Translations under genes and position numbers: made by a program
Notes under the pieces: generated by a model
What the model saw: only the letters and a program-made list of their open reading frames with translations
What the model was told of the DNA's origin: nothing
Databases searched by the model: none
Shown: piece after piece, positions 24,834 through 32,638 of the stretch
How the letters are laid out: the number at the start of each line of letters is the position of its first letter
How positions within the stretch are numbered: position 1 is the stretch's first letter
Assembly (NCBI GenBank): GCA_944323995.1
Contig: CALUUN010000006.1
Coordinates: forward strand, 2,807-66,806
Source of the DNA: Candidatus Gastranaerophilales bacterium
GTDB lineage: Bacteria; Cyanobacteriota; Vampirovibrionia; Gastranaerophilales; Gastranaerophilaceae
Length of the DNA stretch: 64,000 bases
Reading direction: 5' to 3'

Positions 24834-25750
24834 TTTTTCCGCAATTCAAAATTCTTGTGTAAAATATTAAACATTTCATACATCAATTCATTGTACGGAA
24901 CCGGAATGTTGTGTTTTTTGCCGAAATTAATCATTGTACCTGCAAACATTTCGGCCTCGGTTTTTCGTTCAGCCAAAACATCCTGAAACATTGATGTTTT
25001 GCCGTTCGGAACCATTGATGCAACGGCTTCGAGCGCTTCATCAATCATAACTGCGGTATTTTTAACTCCTTCGGCCTTTGCAATCATTTGAACTTCGCGC
25101 ATAAGTTTTTTTGCAAAATCCATAAAATATTCGTTTGCGTTCATTTCACCGAAAGTCATTCTCAAAATTGCCGAGGGCTGGTTGGTGCTGACGTTCATCA
25201 TGAATTTAAGCCAGAGGGCATGCTCAATATCATTCGGAATTTTGTAATCAATATTCAGTTTGTCAAAGAAGTTTTGCACCGGTTTTTCGTTGGTTTTGTC
25301 AGAACCTTTTGCGCCGAAAACAATTTTGCCGACGCCGTCATGTGTAATAAATCTGCCGTCGCGCATTGCGCTGTGCCCGATAAAATATGATAAAAGAAGT
25401 TTGTCCCATCCGTATTCGCGGGCGATAATTTCTTCTGACGTAACCCCGTTCAATAAAGAAAGTATAACAGTGTTTTCTTTGACAAAATTTTTAATATTTC
25501 TGACAGCATCAGAAAGCCCGTCAAATTTTGTAGCGATGATAATAATATCGGCTTTAAAATCCTTATCATCCGGAAGAATATAATTCAGACGGAGTTCTTT
25601 GCCGTTGAATACGGGCGGATTTTTGGTATAACGCTCAAGCCGTTGTTCATCAACAAGAATTTTTAGATTATCAGGGCTGTATTTTTGGATTTTTTCGGCA
25701 TAAATGCTTCCGACTGCGCCAATCCCGCAGATTAAAATATTTTCTTTCAT
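24806..25750 (-). CDS. panE: 2-dehydropantoate 2-reductase (ApbA/PanE family)
   Basis: Rossmann N-terminus ILICGIGAVGSIYAEK. 314 aa with a typical ketopantoate reductase layout. Confidence 0.75.
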   Translation of the reverse strand: MKENILICGIGAVGSIYAEKIQKYSPDNLKILVDEQRLERYTKNPPVFNGKELRLNYILPDDKDFKADIIIIATKFDGLSDAVRNIKNFVKENTVILSLLNGVTSEEIIAREYGWDKLLLSYFIGHSAMRDGRFITHDGVGKIVFGAKGSDKTNEKPVQNFFDKLNIDYKIPNDIEHALWLKFMMNVSTNQPSAILRMTFGEMNANEYFMDFAKKLMREVQMIAKAEGVKNTAVMIDEALEAVASMVPNGKTSMFQDVLAERKTEAEMFAGTMINFGKKHNIPVPYNELMYEMFNILHKNFELRKNQLLLSKSR

Positions 25751-25819
25751 GATAACTCTATATTAACATAAATAATTTTGCTATTTTAAAATTCAATCAA
25801 AAAGAGCAGAAAAAAGCAC

Positions 25820-25848
25820 TTGCCAAAATTCAAAAAAAATGCTATATT
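25820..25848 (+). promoter_or_regulatory. sigma-70-type promoter of pilin-like gene copy 2
   Basis: TTGCCA (25820-25825), a 17-nt spacer, then TATATT (25843-25848). Confidence 0.6.
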
Positions 25849-26127
25849 AAAACAGTAGTACGACACAAGAGCAACGAAAGGGGCTAAAAGTATGATGAAT
25901 AGTGGATTTCAGCCTAAATGGGGGGGGGTACTTCTTTAAGCTCTCACCGTGCGGGTTTCGGGGTATTTTGGAGTAAAGCGATAAGCAAAAGCACCGCGCA
26001 GAGTGCATTTGCAGACTCGGTAAATTGCAACGATAATGCGATTACTACGTCGAATGCTGCGCATTCTCCTCGTAATGACAAGGGATACAACCCTCTACCT
26101 TTGGGAGAGGGTGGCACGCAGTGCCGG
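25849..26127 (+). promoter_or_regulatory. long conserved 5' leader (copy 2) with mini-ORF 25892-25939, a G9 tract (25920-25928) and palindromic repeats
   Basis: Near-identical to 6865-7038. It continues with the element aatgcgattactacgtcgaatgctgcgcattctcctcgtaatgacaag, which is shared with 7113-7158. Confidence 0.55.
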
Positions 26128-27162
26128 GTGAGGGTCAAAAAGGCCGCCTTTACTCTTGCGGAAGTCCTGATAACTCTTGCGATTATAGGAATAGTCGCAG
26201 CATTAACAATCCCGACGTTAATTCAGAATTATCAAGAAAGAGCATGGAACACAGCATCACAGGTATTCCAGAGAAAACTCGGCGAAGCATTAAGGGTTAT
26301 GAATGTTCAGGGAACCTTAGCAGGTTATACAACAACAGAAGCGTTTGTTGATGAATTATCTAAACATATCAAGATAACAAGAATATGTGATAACGATGAT
26401 ATTACAACATGCTTTTCTGATACCGTAACCTGGGGTGATGAAGAAGTTGATATGTCTAAAGTTAAAAAAGCAAAAAACTTCGGACAAAACGACTGGGATA
26501 CAAACACGGTAGCAGTACAGTTTGCTAATGGCGTTAACGGCGTAATAGCATACAATCCGGATTGCAGACAGAACCAATTCAGTAATGATGTAATAACAGT
26601 AGGAGAAACCGGAATAGGCACAGATTGTCTTGCAATATTATATGACGTAGACGGATTTAAGAACCCTAATACCGAAGGTAAAGATTTAAAGAATCTAAAC
26701 GTAACAAGTTTAGCAGGCAGCAACTGTGCAATAGAACTAAGTGACGGAACATGCTTTACCGCACCATTCTATCCAACAGCAGTAACAAAAGCAGAATGCG
26801 ACCAATTAGTAGCAGAGGGTTATCCGATAAAAGAGTGTTATCACGAAAGTGACCGCTGGGCCGGCGCAGTAAAAGCATGCCATGATATGGGCTCAAGTTT
26901 ACCGAGTGATACAGAACTGATGAAACTTGCAGAAGAGTTATATAAAGACGCAAGCGGGGCGTCACTCACAGACAACAGAAATAACGACCTTGCAGTATCA
27001 ATGGGATTTATCTCCTCTCCCGGCAGTCCGTTTTACCTGTGGTCGAGTGAGGAGTACAGCAAGTACTACGCGTACTACCGCTACTTCAACTCCGCGCACA
27101 CGTACCGGAACTACAGCAGCCGCATCAACAGCAGCAATCAGGCGGTGTGCTTATGTGATTAA
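26128..27162 (+). CDS. pilin-like protein with DUF1566/C-type-lectin-like C-terminal domain and VR-like tail, copy 2
   Basis: The in-frame GTG at 26128 gives MRVKKAAFTLAEVLITLAIIGIVAALTIPTL. The C-terminal domain reads WAGAVKACHDMGSSLPSDTELMKLAEELY...FYLWSSEE...AVCLCD. The track ORF extends to ATG 25918 through the leader. Confidence 0.75.
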   Translation: MRVKKAAFTLAEVLITLAIIGIVAALTIPTLIQNYQERAWNTASQVFQRKLGEALRVMNVQGTLAGYTTTEAFVDELSKHIKITRICDNDDITTCFSDTVTWGDEEVDMSKVKKAKNFGQNDWDTNTVAVQFANGVNGVIAYNPDCRQNQFSNDVITVGETGIGTDCLAILYDVDGFKNPNTEGKDLKNLNVTSLAGSNCAIELSDGTCFTAPFYPTAVTKAECDQLVAEGYPIKECYHESDRWAGAVKACHDMGSSLPSDTELMKLAEELYKDASGASLTDNRNNDLAVSMGFISSPGSPFYLWSSEEYSKYYAYYRYFNSAHTYRNYSSRINSSNQAVCLCD

Positions 27163-27181
27163 ATTTTCCAATTCCTAATTC

Positions 27182-27206
27182 GCGCGATTTTTCCAGAAAA
27201 TCGCGC
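27182..27206. repeat. perfect 10-bp-stem hairpin GCGCGATTTT-tccag-AAAATCGCGC, 20 nt after the stop codon
   Basis: The arms are exact reverse complements with a 5-nt loop. It is followed by cccgcc with no T-run, so it is not a canonical terminator. Confidence 0.8.
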
Positions 27207-27207
27207 C

Positions 27208-27258
27208 CGCCAAGGGCACCGTGGCTCCTGCCTCTGCTCGGCTTGCTTAGGTGATTGA
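27208..27258 (+). pseudogene. vestigial third copy of the VR-type 3' end (reads ...GSCLCSACLGD-stop)
   Basis: cgc caa ggg cac cgt ggc tcc tgc ctc tgc tcg gct tgc tta ggt gat tga. The 20-mer at 27244-27263 matches 27148-27167 at 17 of 20 positions (17 of the 19 positions spanning tgctta..aattt), and the ending parallels tgc gta ggt gaa tag of copy 1. Confidence 0.55.
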
Positions 27259-27326
27259 ATTTCTTTGTTTTAATAATGCGGTATTTGTAACTTTCCACAA
27301 GTGCCGCTTTTTTAACAGCTGAATTT

Positions 27327-27657
27327 CCTCTCCCCTTGTGGGAGAGGCAGAATTTCAACACGAGGAACGAGTGTTAGAAATTCAGGTGAGGGGTAATTTG
27401 AGAACTTCATGCATATTTAGACCCCTCACCCGCATTTGTAGTTCACTGCGTTCACACAACTGCGGCCTCTCACCTTCACTTTGTTACGGAAGCAGGCTCA
27501 CACAACTCGTTCCTCGTTGGTTCGCTTTGCTCCTCAAGGGGAGAGGCTATTCTTACGTTGGTTCGCTTTATTCCTCAAGGGGGGAGGGAGTTTCAGGCAT
27601 ATCAGTACCGCAGCAATGCGATTACCACGTCGCTTTGTGCTTATCGGATAATGACAA
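27327..27657. repeat. cluster of nested palindromic/dispersed repeat elements (noncoding, GC-richer)
   Basis: Contains hairpin 27327-27347 (identical to 8265-8285); inverted repeat 27356-27376 with 27499-27519; a 9-bp stem 27385-27393 with 27422-27430; repeat copies at 27515-27546 and 27552-27596; and element 27615-27657, related to 7113-7158 and 26036-26081. Confidence 0.75.
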
Positions 27658-27782
27658 GAGTTATCACCATCCCTTTTAAGTTTTTGTTAAATTTTATTCA
27701 CAAAACTCTCAAATCATGCAATTTACTCTGAAAAAAAGACTTTATATAAACATAGTCGTGTAGTTTTGTTTTAGTGTGGAAA

Positions 27783-28559
27783 ATGGGAATTGACATCAGA
27801 CATGCGCTTGGTGTGGGCGCAATCAATCCGAATATAGCAGTAAATCCGTTCCGTGTCGGGTTCGGAAACAGCGCTTCCGTTGACAGATTTGAAAACACTT
27901 CTGTCAGTCGTTTTACTACAGAAGAACACATTCAAAACGCCTTGATGTCAAATCCGAATATCAAAGCAATCCTGAAAGAGATGAATGCTCCGGCAAAACT
28001 TAACCTCAAAGAGCTTGAAGAACTTTCCAAAACCCACGCAAAAGACACGCAAAACATTGCCGCAGGTATTATTGATAACCTTCCGAAAGCTCTGAAACAG
28101 CACGTTGATGTCAAATCGGTTAAAGATGCGGCATATCTTCACGATATCGGCAAAGTTCTTATCCCTGCCGAAATTTTAAACAAAAACGGCAAACTTGACG
28201 ATGCAGAAAAAGCAATTATGCACCGTCATTCAGAACTTGGATATGAGATTTTGAAAAACACGGGAATCGATCCCAAAACCCTCAATCTTGTTAAATACCA
28301 CCACCAGAACGCAAGCCACACCGGATATCCAAAAGTCCCGTCAGACTTTTTTGCTGATATAAACCTGCAAATCCTGTCTGCCGCAGATAAATATTCAGCC
28401 CTTCTGGAGCCCAGAGTTTACAAAGCACCGATGGACAAAAGTCAGGCACTTGCGCTAATCTACAGAGATGTCGCAAAAGGCAATCTGCACCCCTTTGTGT
28501 TCAAAGCCCTGAAAGATTATGCGGAAAATGCGCCAAAGCAAAATTATGTTGTCAGTTAA
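27783..28559 (+). CDS. HD-GYP domain protein (putative cyclic-di-GMP phosphodiesterase)
   Basis: AAYLHDIGKVLIP ... HRHSELGYEIL ... KYHHQNASHTGYPK. The N-terminal extension is MGIDIRHALGVGAINPNIAVNPFRVGFGNSAS. Confidence 0.75.
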   Translation: MGIDIRHALGVGAINPNIAVNPFRVGFGNSASVDRFENTSVSRFTTEEHIQNALMSNPNIKAILKEMNAPAKLNLKELEELSKTHAKDTQNIAAGIIDNLPKALKQHVDVKSVKDAAYLHDIGKVLIPAEILNKNGKLDDAEKAIMHRHSELGYEILKNTGIDPKTLNLVKYHHQNASHTGYPKVPSDFFADINLQILSAADKYSALLEPRVYKAPMDKSQALALIYRDVAKGNLHPFVFKALKDYAENAPKQNYVVS

Positions 28560-28583
28560 ATCCCTCAGGAAAGCGTCCGGAAC

Positions 28584-29573
28584 TTAAGGGGTTTTAAGCA
28601 TTTCGATTAATTTGGGCACGACTTCAAACACATCCCCGACGATTCCGGTGTCAGAAACATCAAAAATCGGGGCGTTCGGGTCGTTATTTATGCAAAAAAT
28701 ATGCTCGGAACCCGTGATTCCGACTGTATGCTGGATTGCACCCGAAATAGCGCAGGCGATGTATAATTTCGGTGTAACAGTTTTGCCTGTCTGTCCTATC
28801 TGGATAGTGTGGGGTGCATAACCCATATCCACTGCGCCTCTTGTGGCTCCGACCGTTCCGCCGAGCGCGTCCGCAAGCTCTTTCAGTATTTTAAAGCCTT
28901 CTTCGCCTTTCATTCCTTTACCGCCCGCAACAATTATTTCTGCCGAATCAAGTTCGTTCAGGGTGTCGTTTAAACCTTGGACAAAGTCAACAAGTTCAAC
29001 TCTGTCCGTTAAATTTTCCGCAGGTCTGTAAATAAATTCAGTATTTTTATAGTTAATATCAAATGCCGGTTTAAAAACTTTCGGTCTTACGGTTGCCATT
29101 TGCGGCTTTGTTTTGCACAGGATAGTCGCCATTAACTGCCCGCCGAAGGTCGGACGGGTTGCGGCAAGCATGCCTTTTTCGTTTATATCAAGCTCAATGC
29201 AGTCTGCGGTAAGCCCTGTTTTCAGCGTCGATGAAACCCTCGGCGCAAGATCTCTGCCCTGATTTGTGGCGCCGATTAAAAATATATCGGGTTCAATTTC
29301 TTTTACAAGTTCGGTAATCAGCTTTGTATAAATTTCTGTGGAATATTTTGAAAATTTTTCATCTTCAAAAACAAAAACTTTATCAATTCCGCTGTTTGTA
29401 AAACCCTCTTTGTAATCCTCCATCATCCCCGGTTTTGTGAATAATACCGCCATAACCGGAGCGTTATTAAGTTTTGCCGAAAGTTCACACGCTTTGTTTG
29501 CAAGTTCAAAAAACACCGTATGGATATAACTCTGTCTTGTCACTTCAGCGTACAAAAGTATTCCGTTACCCAT
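28584..29573 (-). CDS. etfA: electron transfer flavoprotein subunit alpha
   Basis: 329 aa. The FAD-binding C-terminal block is GATRGAVDMGYAPHTIQIGQTGKTVTPKLYIACAISGAIQH. Confidence 0.9.
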   Translation of the reverse strand: MGNGILLYAEVTRQSYIHTVFFELANKACELSAKLNNAPVMAVLFTKPGMMEDYKEGFTNSGIDKVFVFEDEKFSKYSTEIYTKLITELVKEIEPDIFLIGATNQGRDLAPRVSSTLKTGLTADCIELDINEKGMLAATRPTFGGQLMATILCKTKPQMATVRPKVFKPAFDINYKNTEFIYRPAENLTDRVELVDFVQGLNDTLNELDSAEIIVAGGKGMKGEEGFKILKELADALGGTVGATRGAVDMGYAPHTIQIGQTGKTVTPKLYIACAISGAIQHTVGITGSEHIFCINNDPNAPIFDVSDTGIVGDVFEVVPKLIEMLKTP

Positions 29574-30360
29574 TAAGCACCCCGATTTCTTTTATTTTGC
29601 CGTACAAAATTTCTGCGCCTTCGCGGTTTTCAAGACAGAAAAACTTTTCGCCGCCGTGTTTGACCTCCGGACGGAAGGCTTTTGAAACATAAGTCGGTGA
29701 ACCTTTAATCCCCGCATCTTCGGGATTAAGTCCAAGATTATCCAGTGAAACCGTTTTTATTTCTGCATTCTGTGCTTTTATAATCCCGTTTATCAAAGCT
29801 CTTTGCGGTTCAAAATCAGATTTGAGAATGCACAACAGAGCCGGAAGCTGTACTTTCACCGTTTCTATTCCGTCATCAAGAACCCTTGTTGCAGTCAAAA
29901 TATTATCATTGCAGTCATTAATTTCTCTTACGTAAGTTAATTGCGGAATGTCAAGAAGGCTTGCAATACAGGGGCCTGTCTGCGCTGTATCACCGTCAAT
30001 TGCAAACTGCCCGCAAAGAATTAAATCAAAATCAGGAAGTTCTTTTTTTATTGCTGCGGAAATTGTTTTGCCTGTCGCATAAGTGTCTGCACCCGCAAAT
30101 TTTTTGTCGGATATCAAAATACCTTTATCCGCACCGACCGCTATTGTGTCTCTAAGCATATCCGCCGCCTGCAAAGGCCCCATTGTAAATACGGTAATTT
30201 CCGCATTAAGTTCTTTTTTGAGTTTGAGAGCCTGCTCAAGTGCATACACATCATAAGGGTTAATTATGCTTTCAACCCCGTCTCTTTGCATTGTATTGTT
30301 TTCCGTCCACTTGATATCAGATGTATCAGGAACCTGTTTTACACATAAAGCTATTTTCAT
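29566..30360 (-). CDS. etfB: electron transfer flavoprotein subunit beta
   Basis: 264 aa. MKIALCVKQVPDTSDIKW...INPYDVYALEQAL. Confidence 0.9.
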   Translation of the reverse strand: MKIALCVKQVPDTSDIKWTENNTMQRDGVESIINPYDVYALEQALKLKKELNAEITVFTMGPLQAADMLRDTIAVGADKGILISDKKFAGADTYATGKTISAAIKKELPDFDLILCGQFAIDGDTAQTGPCIASLLDIPQLTYVREINDCNDNILTATRVLDDGIETVKVQLPALLCILKSDFEPQRALINGIIKAQNAEIKTVSLDNLGLNPEDAGIKGSPTYVSKAFRPEVKHGGEKFFCLENREGAEILYGKIKEIGVLNG

Positions 30361-30542
30361 TGATTAACCGGTTTCTTTTTGCTGCTGGCATCCAGTAATG
30401 CGTTATATCCCATTATATACATTGAACACTTTTTTACATTAGCCAGATACCATGCACACTTTTCCTGTGTGCAGATCATGTCAATTCCGCCCGAGCCCAC
30501 GCTCAGTAAAGGACAATAAGGAATGCTGTTGTTGCTAGTCAT
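30357..30542 (-). CDS. hypothetical 61-aa four-cysteine protein
   Basis: Track ORF with Cys at positions 10, 24, 29 and 39. Its start and stop overlap both neighbours, which suggests translational coupling. Confidence 0.45.
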   Translation of the reverse strand: MTSNNSIPYCPLLSVGSGGIDMICTQEKCAWYLANVKKCSMYIMGYNALLDASSKKKPVNQ

Positions 30543-31383
30543 GATTATTCACCTTTTGTTTAAATAAATTGCAATTTTCGTCGCGTTTTCTTTCTTGATC
30601 TTTATAAATACGGGTTCTGTTAATAACCTCGTCAAAGTCGATTTTATGTGCGTCAAAATCAGGCCCGTCAACACAGGCAAATTTTGTTTCTCCGCCGACA
30701 GTAACTCTGCATGCTCCGCACATTCCGGTTCCGTCTACCATAATCGGGTTCATGCTGGCTTCGGTGTATATTCCTTTGCCGCGTGTCATATCCGCAACCG
30801 CTCTCATCATGGGCATCGGGCCGACAGCGATTGCATAATCAATTTTCTCCTGCTTCATTAATCTTTCAAGAACTCCGGTTACAAACCCTTTTTCGCCCGC
30901 CGAACCGTCATCGGTAGTTATGAAAAGTTCGGTGCAGGCGTTTTTCATTTTGTCTGCCCAGAAGATTAAATCTTTGTTTCTTGCGCCCATAATCATATAA
31001 ACCTTGTTGCCGGCTTCTTTGAAGGCTTTTGCTATTAAATAACACGGCGCAGCCCCGTAACCGCCTGCAAGGCAGACAACCGTTCCGTATTTTTTTATGT
31101 GAGTCGGCTGACCTAAAGGCCCGACTAAGTCAACAAGTTCGTCACCCTCATTAAGCGAGGCAAGTTTTTTGGTCGAATACCCGACTGCCATGAATACTAA
31201 CGTCAATACCCCTTTTTCTTTATCAATATCAGCAATCGTCAGTGGAACTCTTTCCCCGTTTTCTTCCGCTCTGAATATGATAAATTGTCCCGCTTTTGCG
31301 TTCCTTACAACATAAGGCGCCTCAACCCGTATCTCATACTGGTTCGGACATATTTCTCTTTTTGACAGTATTTTGTATCCCAT
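30535..31383 (-). CDS. PyrK/NfnA-like FAD/NAD(P)-binding oxidoreductase with C-terminal 2Fe-2S site (sulfide/dihydroorotate dehydrogenase-like)
   Basis: 282 aa. GQFIIFRAEENGERVPLTIAD, LAGGYGAAPCY and MVDGTGMCGACRV. Confidence 0.75.
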   Translation of the reverse strand: MGYKILSKREICPNQYEIRVEAPYVVRNAKAGQFIIFRAEENGERVPLTIADIDKEKGVLTLVFMAVGYSTKKLASLNEGDELVDLVGPLGQPTHIKKYGTVVCLAGGYGAAPCYLIAKAFKEAGNKVYMIMGARNKDLIFWADKMKNACTELFITTDDGSAGEKGFVTGVLERLMKQEKIDYAIAVGPMPMMRAVADMTRGKGIYTEASMNPIMVDGTGMCGACRVTVGGETKFACVDGPDFDAHKIDFDEVINRTRIYKDQERKRDENCNLFKQKVNNHD

Positions 31384-31460
31384 AATTTGTATCCTCTTAC
31401 GGATAAATTATAACACAAAATTTTAAAGAGGTTAAGTCGTTTGGAACCGGCATGGTTAGT

Positions 31461-32186
31461 TTAGTGTGCCGCAATACTACAGTGATTGTCTTTCCATATA
31501 ATGGCAGAGCCTCCTTGAGTATTGATTTCCTCTTCACGGATTTTCATACAGTCGGCTTCTGTAGTACAAGCCCTCAGATTTTCTAAAGAACACGTCACCA
31601 TCGCCAGTAAAATGCTTGTTTCATCAGTCAATAACCCGTTACCTGATAAAGAAAACATAAACATGTCCTTCCCGAATGTATTAGGCTCACTTCTGCCGTT
31701 AAGGTCTGCATAGAAATTAATTTCACTGCTCTGCGGCATTCCCATATAAGAAATCCCATCTGCTGTCTGGAATATCGGTGCGTATTTTTCATTCCCTGCA
31801 AAACTTATTTTTTGGTTATTTATTGTATATTCTTCTCCAAATGTCTGTATTATGTCCGGGCTTGAATTGTCACGTACAATTTTGAATACTTTTTTGTATT
31901 CATCAAGATAGCAGTCTATATCGCTGCATTGCATTATCGCCAAATCTTTTACGTCAAATACCTGCTCGTTTGACATCATCAGTTTGAACCCGTTTGTCAT
32001 TATATTTACTGCTTTTTTATATCTGGTTTCAAGTACTTTATCATTATAATTATTTAATAACGTCGGAATTGTTAATGCAGCAACAACGCCGATAATTGCT
32101 AATGTTATCAATACTTCCGCGAGTGTAAAAGCGGCTTTTGCGGCTGTAACCTTTTTTCTTTTGCTTTGTTCAAAATTTTTAGCCAT
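31461..32186 (-). CDS. pilin-like protein (prepilin-type N-terminus), third paralog without VR-like tail
   Basis: MAKNFEQSKRKKVTAAKAAFTLAEVLITLAIIGVVAALTIPTLLNNY. The C-terminal half is unrelated to the DUF1566-like domain. Confidence 0.7.
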   Translation of the reverse strand: MAKNFEQSKRKKVTAAKAAFTLAEVLITLAIIGVVAALTIPTLLNNYNDKVLETRYKKAVNIMTNGFKLMMSNEQVFDVKDLAIMQCSDIDCYLDEYKKVFKIVRDNSSPDIIQTFGEEYTINNQKISFAGNEKYAPIFQTADGISYMGMPQSSEINFYADLNGRSEPNTFGKDMFMFSLSGNGLLTDETSILLAMVTCSLENLRACTTEADCMKIREEEINTQGGSAIIWKDNHCSIAAH

Positions 32187-32255
32187 CCTGTTTTCTCCTG
32201 TTGCTTATTGTATGTATACAGTAACTTAAATAACTATACCATTATTATTGTATGT

Positions 32256-32531
32256 ATGCAATATAAGAATGAAAAAATGTTACATTTGATAAAAACATTT
32301 GGTGAATGTGTGCGTAAAAAGAGAATTGAGACCACGAATAAATCTCTGACGCTGTTTTCTTATGAGTATGATTTGGATTCCGGCAATATGTCCAGAATTG
32401 AGAACGGTCATATTGAGCCGAAACTTACTATGCTCTGGAGAATTGCTGAAGCTCTGGGTATTAAATTATCCGATTTATGCAAGATGCTTGAAAATTCTCT
32501 GGGCGATGATTTTTTTCTGATTGATAAATAA
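32256..32531 (+). CDS. XRE-family helix-turn-helix transcriptional regulator
   Basis: [49 protein letters not shown]. The start is either ATG 32256 or ATG 32277. The track start at 32166 overlaps the divergent pilin-like gene. Confidence 0.65.
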   Translation: MQYKNEKMLHLIKTFGECVRKKRIETTNKSLTLFSYEYDLDSGNMSRIENGHIEPKLTMLWRIAEALGIKLSDLCKMLENSLGDDFFLIDK

Positions 32532-32557
32532 TTAATTTTTCCTTAACTTTTTTAAAT

Positions 32558-32609
32558 TTGTGTAAAATATGTATTATAAATATAATTAGTTATTCTGAAC
32601 TCAGAATAA
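32558..32609 (+). promoter_or_regulatory. groESL promoter with overlapping 9-2-9 palindromic operator (not CIRCE)
   Basis: TTGTGT (32558-32563), a 17-nt spacer, then TATAAT (32581-32586). A perfect inverted repeat TTATTCTGA-ac-TCAGAATAA follows at 32590-32609. Confidence 0.6.
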
Positions 32610-32638
32610 TTGGTTGCAGTAAAAAAGGAGAGGAAAAT

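Noticed and set aside
27181-27206. Initial impression that tcgcgcgattt... was homologous to the gcgcgcgcattc part of VR1
   Set aside because: On closer reading this segment is a self-complementary 10-bp hairpin, not a VR remnant. The genuine remnant starts after it, at about 27208.
27338-27679. 113-aa plus-strand ORF, and the 78-aa minus-strand ORF 27125-27361, downstream of pilin-like copy 2
   Set aside because: Both are read straight through nested inverted and dispersed repeats (for example PRWFALLLKGRG from the 8291-type element). They have no SD and no family resemblance.
32590-32609. CIRCE (HrcA operator) upstream of groES
   Set aside because: The palindrome TTATTCTGA-ac-TCAGAATAA does not match TTAGCACTC-N9-GAGTGCTAA in either sequence or spacing. 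I report it instead as a different operator.
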